Assembly (NCBI GenBank): GCA_964270895.1
Contig: OZ185435.1
DNA length: 64,000 nt
DNA from: Podarcis filfolensis
Lineage: Eukaryota
Direction: 5' to 3' (one strand)
The notes beneath the pieces were generated by a model that saw only the letters and a program-made list of their open reading frames with translations, was not told the DNA's origin and searched no databases. Of the stretch, positions 55,375 to 64,000 are shown one piece after another. The translations under genes were made by a program, and so were the position numbers. Every line of letters starts with the position of its first letter. Position 1 is the first letter of the stretch.

Positions 55375-55855
55375 ATATAGTAATAATAATTTATTATTTA
55401 TACCCCGCCCATCTGGCTGGGTTTCCCCAGCCACTCTGGGCAGCTTCCAACAAAACATTAAAATACAATAATTCATCATATATTAAAAGCTTCCCTAAAC
55501 AGGGCTGCCTTCAGATGTCTTCTAAAAGTTGAATAGTTGTTGATTTCTTTGACATCTGATGGGAGGGTGTTCCACAGGGTGGGCCCCACTACCAAGAAGG
55601 CTCTTTGCCTGGTTCCCTGTAACTTTGCTTCTCACAGTGAGGGAACTGCCAGAAGGCCCTCGGAGCTGGACCTCAGTGTCCGGGCTGAACGATGGGAGTG
55701 AAGACGCTCCTTCAGGTATACAGGACCAAGGCCGTTTAGGGCTTTAAAGGTCAGCACCAACACTAGGGCTTTAAAGGTCAGCACAAACTGAATTGTGCTC
55801 AGAAACTTACTGGGAGCCAATGTAGGTCTTTCAAGACCAGTGTTATGTGGTCTTG
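55375..55855 (-). mobile_element. L2-type LINE 3' fragment
   Basis: Reverse complement of the squamate L2 3' end; minus-strand frame reads LTFKALNGLGPVYLKERL; (TAA)n/ATT tail. Confidence 0.8.
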
Positions 55856-56445
55856 TGACTAAGAATTCACCATTTCCACAAAGGACAGGAATTTATAAAA
55901 AATGGTAAATAAGGGAGTGAAATCACTCTTTAAACTGTATAAAAGAATAATATTTCAACTGGAAATCAGAAAAAAGTTTGCAAAAAACAAAACACATCAA
56001 ATTTTGTTACAGTCTCCATATGACATCAAATTAAGCCAAAAACAAACCATTTTTCAAACCGATGAGTATCTTAATCTGAAGCATTAGTCATCAGAAGTTG
56101 CCCCAGTTGTAAATGGATCACCTTTCACAGAAAATGTCTCTCTTAATATGCCTTACTATGTTACTCCCAGCTGTATATCAGCACTGATCCTCCTGCAGCA
56201 ACCTCAACGGGTAACCCATTATTTAGTTTGCATGCAAAAGAACATCAGCTGGTGGATGTTGGTCCTACATCCAAGATTTAAAAGACCAGTATGATACAAA
56301 TATGCCTTCTTGAAGTATTTCTTTCTTCAACAGTGGCCAACTAGATGCCTCTGGAAACTCAAGCAGGACACGATGACAATATCTCTTTCCTCTTGCTGCT
56401 ACCCAGCAACAGCGTTCAGTAGCATAATACTTGCTTCTGAACCAC

Positions 56446-56448
<3 letters not shown>

Positions 56449-56480
<32 letters not shown>

Positions 56481-56497
56481 ACACACGCACACACACA
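56449..56497. repeat. (GT)n-(CA)n compound microsatellite
   Basis: Direct observation. Confidence 0.95.
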
Positions 56498-56739
56498 GAG
56501 CTATCATTACTAGTAGCCAAAGGAAATCTCATCCAGTTTTCTAACCCCCTTTTAAAGCCATCTAAACTAGTCGCTACCTCATTTTATAGCAATAAATTCT
56601 ATACACTAATTGTGCACCACGTGAAACAAGTCTCTCTTTTGCCAATCCTGCATTATATGCCAGTTTCATCCGCTGCTAACAGTCATGGTATATTGCTGAT
56701 GTTATGAGCTGATACTCTATGATTCTACAATGCTCTGTT

Positions 56740-56905
56740 ATGTAAAAGGAATAAAAACTTCTAAATCTGCTTTCTCTCCCTTAGCAATAATGTTATAGAC
56801 CTGTCACAGCTGACTACATCATTTCTTACTTCAAAACTAAAATCCCCAAATATTGTAACTTTTCTTCATAAGGAAGGTGCTTCACTCCCATGGTTGTTTG
56901 GGCTG
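56740..56905 (-). mobile_element. CR1 LINE ORF2 C-terminal remnant
   Basis: Minus frame HLPYEEKLQYLGILVLK resembles the CR1 motif HLSYEERLRELGLFSLEK. Confidence 0.55.
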
Positions 56906-56926
56906 TGCTTTCATGCAACTTCTCCA

Positions 56927-57059
56927 GAGAATCAGAGTTGGGAGGGACCATGAAAGTCATCAAACCCAACCTGCAATGCAGGAAACTTTTGCCCAACATG
57001 GGGCACAAACCACGACCCTAAGATTAAGAGTCTCATGTTCTACCAGCTGAGCTATCCGG
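56927..57059 (-). mobile_element. tRNA-Lys(CTT)-derived SINE with CR1-like 3' end
   Basis: Head ccggatagctcagctggtagaacatgagactCTTaatcttagggtcgtgg; tail gatgactttcatggtccctcccaactctgattct. Confidence 0.75.
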
Positions 57060-57141
57060 TGCCACAATATCCTTTCTCAGTTGGGGAAACCAGAACTTTG
57101 CCATCTCCTATCTTTTCATAAGCCATTATGTAGATCTAGGA

Positions 57142-57380
57142 CAGAGGTCAGCACACTTTTTCAGCAGGGGGCCGGTCCACTGCCCCTCAGACCTTGTGGA
57201 GGGCTGGACTATATGGGGGGGAAATGAATGAATTTCTGTGCCCCACAAATAACCCAGAGATGCATTTTAAATAAAAGGACACATTCTACTCATGTAAAAA
57301 CACACTGATTCCTGGAGCGTCTGCGGGCTGAAGGCTATTGGGCCGGATCCGGACCCCGGGCCTTAGTTTGCCTACCCATG
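57142..57380. mobile_element. hAT MITE, same family as 35016..35268
   Basis: CAGAGGTCAGCACACT ... AGTTTGCCTACCCATG; TSD ATCTAGGA/ATCTAGGT. Confidence 0.85.
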
Positions 57381-58569
57381 ATCTAGGTGCTAGTTTTACA
57401 CTTACACAGGTCAAGTCACACATTCTCTGTGTGTCTCCTTCAGAAGTCCAGAGGGTGGTAGCAAGAGAACTAGCTGTTTTTGGTGGCAACCTTGTGGAAT
57501 CATATCCCCAACCAAGGAAAGCTTTCCTAGTGCCAACACTTTTTGGTGCCAGATGAAAACATTTTTACACTTGTAGACATGTAGGTGGATCTTACTGTTG
57601 TGGATCTTACAGCTATTTTAGCTGGAATCTTGCTGGTTATCATTGTGTTTTAAAGTGAAAGGGTATTTACCATATGTTATTTCATCTTATTGTGGATTAT
57701 GTATATAACTTAAGGCAGACAGGAAAGCAGCAACCCAGTCCCAGCTGAGAAACTTTCACATGGAGGGGTTTGAGTACATATTAGTATGCCTAATACTCAA
57801 CTCCTAACAAGATCACACCCTTTGACTCTGCATTCATGCAAAATACCTGCTCTTTCTCCCCATGGCACCACACAAACACCAACATGAAGCAGAATCCTTA
57901 GCTTTAAACAAATACACATCAAAGGGTAACCAAAATCTACCTTTGCTCCAATCCTGATTGTGAGAACAAGGGAACTGCTAAACTGTGTTTAGAATTTCAG
58001 CCTTAGTATAGATTGGTTACTACTTTACAAACGTACCTCGGAGTAAATCCCACTTCCCTCAATGCAAATTATTTCTGGGTAGACATGCATAGGATTGTAC
58101 TGCAAGCAATCTTGAGTACACACCCTAATTGTTGTTCTGGGTAGAGTTCCAATGTCTTTAACAGCTAACAGGCCAAAATTCAACAGGGCAAGTTTCTACC
58201 TGCACCTATGTGCCAAAATTAAGGCAAAAGCCCGCGTTCTGCAAGTAAGCTTTTTACCCACTCAGCAAAAATAAGTGACTATCAGAAAAAGAACAGCAGC
58301 TAATTTTCTACCCAAAAAGCTTCATTCAGCTTCTATTTAGGATACCAGTTTCATTTTAAACTATCCTAAACAGATAATTTTAAACTGTTTTACCCCCCAG
58401 GCCAGTAGTATCTGGTTTTATTTCATTGTAATTCTACATGTCAAGTGGCGATATTTTTGTTACACTGCTGTGTATTAAAAATGCATTTCACCTTTCCACC
58501 GCCTTGGGCCTTCAAGGCAACGAGGGCTGCAGACGCCCTACACATCTGAAGCCCGTTTCCCCACCGCTC

Positions 58570-59300
58570 AAAGAATTCTGGGGCCTGTAGTCCCAGCAAC
58601 CCTTAATCTGCGGGGCCCAGAATTACTCAAGGGGAAGAACGCGCTTCGAAATGTGCCTTTTTAAAGGTATATCCCAAACCGGTAAAGAAGGCGCCACGAG
58701 GAACCAACTTCCATCAAGAGTGGCAGGTATGGGGCATACATATTACAATCAAACAGAAGAAGAAACCTACAAACCAACCGTTGAGAGCCTCCCGTCCCTG
58801 AGGAAACGTCGACTCGCTTCCCCCCTCGACGCCCCACCCCAGGCCCACGGAAAGAGGGAGAGAGCCCTCAGTGGCGCCTGCCCTGGACTCCCCGGGGAGC
58901 CGCCCGGCCCCTTCCTCCGCGGCAGGAGCTGCCACCGGCGGGTGTCCGTCAGCAGTCGGAGCCTCTCGGCGTGGCGCTGCAGCGGCCGGTGGGAGCCACT
59001 TCCCGGCAGGAGCTGCCTTCCACGCGCCACGTCGCCCGCGCGAGGCTCCCTGCAAAAAAGGGCGCCGAGTGGCAGAAACAGCCCTTTCATTGGCTGAGGG
59101 CCCCTGGGTGGGAGGGGCCGGCTTTCGGCAGGACTAAACGAGGTCCTTAAACATATAGACCCCCCCTTAATAAATAGGGAAGGGGGTGCGGAGGTTGCCT
59201 GGTTATGGGGTTGTTGTACTTCCAAAGTTTGGGCAAGCATGGCACGGAACGTGGGAAGGGGAGCAGAAGCGGGGTCACACACGCAGAGCTTCCTTCCATT
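58570..59300. promoter_or_regulatory. CpG island, probable BTBD18 promoter (possibly shared with downstream CTNND1)
   Basis: Very GC/CpG rich 58780..59130; ATTGG at ~59089; ZNF143-like GACTACAGGCCCCAGAATTC on the minus strand at 58573..58592; gene assignment inferred from synteny only. Confidence 0.65.
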
Positions 59301-60345
59301 TTCTTTCAAGGGCACGCCATTATTCTCTTACTCCTAATTATTGGCCACGACCCACCCGCTGCCTCCTGTCCTTTCTCTCGCTGCCTCTGTTTCTCTCCTT
59401 CACGGCTGCCTGAAATGCCTGCTTCTAGCCAAGGGTTTGGGGAGTTGCACTGATAACCGATGAGCCAAAGAGGCTGGATGAGGCCCAGGAGTTGCCAGTT
59501 GTTTGACCCCACCTGCCTTCATTCAAAATAGTAGGTCAGAAGTTGCATCGTGAAGAGGCAGCCATGTGCTTGTCAGGCAGGACCACCGCCCCACCTGCCC
59601 AAAGCAACAGCAACCCTGGAGGGAAAAGAAAAGAATGTCCCTCAGATTTATAAGGGCACTCTCCTTAATGTATTGCTGCATTCAGGCTGCCATCATAAAC
59701 ATACTTGCTAGCAAGCGAGCCCTGTTGAACACAGTGGGATTTACTTATGAGTAGACATGCATAAGGTGAAAACACAATGGAAGCTTATGAGGAATCTTAA
59801 GAGTCTCACACGCTCAGGGATGTGTTCTTAGGGATTTGAATTCCTTACATTTAATATACTCTGTTTTTTACGCGAAGGGGCTTTCCTTCAGTTTATCCAT
59901 GAACGAGAGATGTGATACAAAGGTGACATTATTTCCTCATACTTTTCTTCCTTTAAGCTAGTGGCAAATGCTTTCCAATGAGTATAAAAATCAGTAGGTA
60001 TTCATTTCCTCCTAGCCTGTACTACCCAGGATATCATCCAGTGTAATGAGAGTTTATGACTGCCAGCTAAACACTTGTTGCACTGAGCTAATCTCTAGCT
60101 ATGCATGCAGGACTCGAGTCCAGGAAGAAAGTAGTTGTAGAGAACGCCCAACAGACTCTCAGTCCATTGCTTTGCAGATGCATGCATAAGAAGCCCACTG
60201 GAATACATGGGTTTAGATGCCTCTCTGCAGTGAATAGGAATGCAACTTAGGCAGTAATAACCGGGTAGTTCAGGGCTGTTTCCCGTATTGCAGATTAGTG
60301 AATACATTGGTGAACTGAGCATACCTCTTTGTTTCGGTGTGTGTA

Positions 60346-60456
60346 CATGGGCATAGCCGGGGGGGGGGCAGCTGCCCCCCCAGTCAAGTAAAACAATAAC
60401 TAACTGACCAATCACTTCAGTTTTGCCCCCCAACAAAAATCCTGGCTGTGCTCATG
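60346..60456. mobile_element. hAT-type MITE, 111 bp
   Basis: TIRs CATGGGCATAGCCGGG and CCTGGCTGTGCTCATG; perfect 8-bp TSD TGTGTGTA at 60338..60345 and 60457..60464. Confidence 0.8.
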
Positions 60457-61856
60457 TGTGTGTATCTGAAAAGCTAGCTTCAAATGTGTACTTGCATCAC
60501 ATCTTATAGGAAACACTGCATGTACTCCTCATACATAATTTGTGATATGGTCCTAAACAGGGCCAGATCCAGCTTTGAGGTGCCTCTGGATAATATGTCC
60601 ACTGTTGGTCCCCTTCTCCATTGTGGGCATAGCTGGTTGCTGTGACAGTGCACCAAGCAGCACCTGATGAATGTGTCCGGCTACTCTCTAGTTTACCACA
60701 GTGCCCTAGAATGATGCTAGATCAGGTGCATTGTGGGAAATGAACAGGGTGGCTAGGTCCAGCCACTTGGGGCTGCTTGGAGCATCCCCCCACCCCAATT
60801 AAGGGAGTTGGAACAGTGTAAACATCAGTAGTGGTATGACTGCTACCCAAGGATGCCAGGTACTGATGCCAGCCTAGGTCCTTAAGTTTTTTCTTCCTGT
60901 TCATTTTCACTTTTATCAAATATTGTGCCACACTAATTGATCAAATAATCTGAAGCAAGGGGACCACCTCTTGAATAAACACTAAAATAGAACAGATTAT
61001 TTTTTCACTTTTTGTGACTTCATTTAATTTATACCACATTGGGCGAAGATTAATCATTTGTAACTGTTCTGCTGTTGGTCTGTTTATAAAAATGGTTGAT
61101 GTGTCAAAATATAGCTTTTTAATGAGGATATCAAGATATCGTGAAAAGTCGTTACCTTCAGAAATGGCACTAACCAATGTACAAGCAAGATTTTATAAGG
61201 CAAATTTGTAAGGTAAATAGCTCTGCTGGAGAAGCTTGATTTTTTCAAATATTTTAATTTTAATGTATTCGTTATGATTAATAGTTACTTGTAAAAACTG
61301 TAATTGGTATAATGGAATTTTAAGCTGAGCTGTGTAAAGTTATGGGCTGTACTTAGTCATTATTTTATTCATTGAGTCAACTGACAAGTTTTAATGAAAT
61401 TGATTCTCACTGATTTATGCTTAATTAATTTTGCTTTACTTCTCATCTCATCTAATATATAATGTCCCTCTCCCCTGCTTTATATTATGACCTGAAAACG
61501 TGAAATAAAATGAATAAAAATGCAGACTCTTCTGTGTCTGGATATAACCAATATGGTTTCATTCCCTAGTTATGCTAGTCACTGTTTAGGTTTATGTCAC
61601 ATACTCAGTTATGTTTTGAGATGCTGGATATATTTATTGTATAATATTTTTTAATATTACTTATTTTTATTGATATTATTCTTAGCCATCTTGAAGATAT
61701 TTTGGAATAGCAGATACAGGGTAAAAATATGTTAATACGTATTAATATGTTAATACATGAATGTTTACATCATTCAGTGATATTTACTTTCTGCTGCCTC
61801 AAATTACAAGAATGGCAGTGAAATCAGAGCGGCCAGAGTATAGGCTACACTTAGAT

Positions 61857-61992
61857 CAGGCTTCCTGAACTTCGGCCCTCCAGATGTTTTGAGACTACAA
61901 TTCCCATCATCCCTGACCACTGGTCCTGCTAGCTAGGGATCATGGGAGTTGTAGGCCAAAAACATCTGGAGGGCCGAGGTTGAGGAAGCCTG
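61857..61992. mobile_element. Palindromic hAT MITE, 136 bp
   Basis: CAGGCTTCCT ... AGGAAGCCTG with a near whole-length inverted repeat; perfect TSD ACTTAGAT at 61849..61856 and 61993..62000. Confidence 0.92.
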
Positions 61993-62008
61993 ACTTAGAT
62001 TATCATAC

Positions 62009-62146
62009 CGGGCTAGGAAACCTGTGGCCCTTTAAATGTTTCTAGGCTATAGCTCCCATCATCCTTGCCCATTAGCTATGCTGGCAGGGGCTGATAGGAG
62101 TTGCAATCCAAAACCATCTTGGAGGGCTATGGGTTCCCCTTCCCTG
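62009..62146. mobile_element. Older related palindromic MITE adjacent to the previous one
   Basis: ctcccatcatcc ... gataggagttgca ... ggagggc layout parallels 61857..61992. Confidence 0.5.
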
Positions 62147-63249
62147 TTTTCAAAAGGTCAGCCATCATAAAGGCCAGCTTGCAAATTACAAGGAAGGGTG
62201 CTAGAGAAAGTAGAAGTGACTCACACATCTCTTCATGCATCAGGGTATTATGCAAGGGTATATGTGCTCAATATCACATCTTGATTTAACTATATATTTG
62301 GAAAGTTTTGAAAGAAGGAAGAGGTGGCCTGCAATCTGGACATGTGTTACTATATTCATAACAGCAGCTCCATGAGTCAACAGCATGAGAGCCAAGCAAC
62401 TCACACTATCACATCCCTTTTGTGGCTTCCCCGTGGGAATATACCAGAGGTGGTTATACTCGGAAATAGCCAGCAATACCCAATCTGATTGCAGTGTTAA
62501 CAAAGCTCAGACCGCAAAAGAAATAGGAAACATTTTAGTCCAAATGGAACAGGAAGAAGATAGAAGATAGAAGACTTCAGATGTGATTTTTGAAAATAAA
62601 GAAATAAATAAAGAGGTGCCAGCACCCAAAATCTGATTCACGCGCTGAAAGCCTGCGGAAAACAGGGCTGAGCAGTCTGCCCATCAGCTGGCGAGTGAAA
62701 GGTTCAATTCTGCTCAGTTTGAGTGTGTGAGGGAATCCCCTGCAGGGAACTCATTCACCCCAAAACTGGAGCAAATGACACTGAACTCTGCCCATCAGGT
62801 GATGCATGGAGAGTTTAATCCTGCTTGCTATCTTCCTCCACCACCCAACTGTCAATTGTCTGTTGTCGGGATTTCATCAGATGAGTTGATGGGTGGTCCA
62901 CATCTCTGCTATAAAAAAGACACTGATACTCTGTACCAGAGTAAACCACTGGCAAAAAACAACAAGAAACCACTGCATAGTGATGCCTAGAGTTTTCTGG
63001 TTTCTCATCTTCCTCTGTAACTGTGTTTAACTGCTGTTTGAAACGCAGGCATTAGCAAGTGGTTGTATATGAATCACTTGACTTAAAATACACTGAAGTG
63101 ATTTAGCAGTCTTAAAAACAACAACATTTAAATTCAGATACAGACTGGGTTAAAAGAAACTCCACTTAAAAGGCTTGCTGGAAAGAAAGGTCTTCAACAG
63201 CCATTGAGGAGTGCTATTTTTAATGCAAATAAGCGTAGAGGGAATTTTC

Positions 63250-63866
63250 TTTTTTTTTTTTTACTAATCTTTTTATTGATATTTTGGAAACGACATCAAA
63301 CAATACAAAAAAGAAAAAAGACTGAAAAGAAAAAAAAGCAAACAAACAAACAAACAACAACAACAAACAACGCCTATAAACATAAAACAGACAAACCAAC
63401 ATAACATCACTCAATTGACTTCCTTCCATCTCGGTTTAGGCAAAATAAACTCATCGCTTATCTGCAGATTGTATTATATCAGCTCTTTACATCGCAGGTT
63501 TTAGATTCCGCCCACTGTGATTTTGGTAATACCTAGATTGATTTCAATGTAACTTAGAAATTTATTCCAGTCGTTCGTAAACTTAACGATTTTTTGATGC
63601 CTAATTTTTTGTGACATTCTAGCTAATTCTATATACTCATATAATTTCATTTGCCATTCTCTAATGGTGGGGATATTGGAAGTTTTCCAGTTTTGCGCTA
63701 ACAAAATCCTGGCGGCCACCATTGCATATTGAAAGAATGTTTGGTCTTCATTTTTGATCTCCTCTCCGATCATACCTAAAAGGAACGCTTCAGGTTTTTT
63801 GGGGAAGGTGTATTTCAGTATTCTTTTTAATTCATCGTAAATTTGTCCCCAAATTTACGAATTTAC
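63250..63866 (-). mobile_element. 5'-truncated L1 LINE (ORF2 C-terminus, 3'UTR and polyA)
   Basis: Open frame WGQIYDELKRILKYTFPKKPEAFLLGMIGEE...AARILLAQNWKTSNIPTIREW to stop at 63501; poly-T 63250..63261; 17-bp TSD GCGTAGAGGGAATTTTC at 63233..63249 and 63867..63883. Confidence 0.9.
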
Positions 63867-64000
63867 GCGTAGAGGGAATTTTCAATTTCATGTACTGTGT
63901 CTGCCCCTTGGTGCTGATGTAGTATATATTGCTTTGTTGTTAATTTTGCTGTCTGGTTTTTGACCGCAATAAAGATTGATTGATGAAGCGATACAACAGC

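Noticed and set aside
56991-57059. Functional tRNA-Lys(CTT) gene
   Set aside because: The T-loop/B box is degenerate (GGTTTGTGCC) and the sequence continues into a CR1-like tail, so it is a SINE head.
58651-59315. Several 88-182 aa ORFs on both strands
   Set aside because: Stop-poor CpG-island sequence with no domain similarity; no CTNND1 coding sequence recognised.
60960-61520. AT-rich block resembling a LINE 3' end with ORF 61014..61211
   Set aside because: No TSD or diagnostic motif found, so it could not be assigned.

Overview
This is vertebrate genomic DNA from a squamate reptile; the Sauria-SINE, BovB and MITE content points to a lacertid lizard. It carries the conserved gene block known from human 11q12.1. 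In order: ZDHHC5 (+, 10 coding exons seen, first coding exon upstream of the window), MED19 (-, 5 exons, 235 aa), TMX2 (+, 8 exons, 295 aa, head-to-head with MED19), SELENOH (+, 131 aa with in-frame UGA and a SECIS element), BTBD18 (-, 2 coding exons, 714 aa), then a CpG island at ~58.6-59.3 kb. CTNND1 would be expected further downstream but no exon of it was recognised. Many transposon insertions can be delimited by target-site duplications (TSDs): RTE-BovB, Sauria SINEs, L1, L2, CR1, hAT and Tc1/mariner MITEs. There is one 150-N assembly gap. No prokaryotic or CRISPR-type system is present and no wholly new system is proven. The best leads are: a 1.45-kb hAT element with a promoter-like interior inside ZDHHC5; a mini-exon or ultra-short intron just upstream of the SELENOH ATG; two WDR5-WBM/SIM-like motifs at the BTBD18 C-terminus; a U12-type intron in ZDHHC5; and a shared target motif at three RTE-family insertions. 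All coordinates were counted by hand, and homology calls come from recalled orthologue sequences, not database searches.
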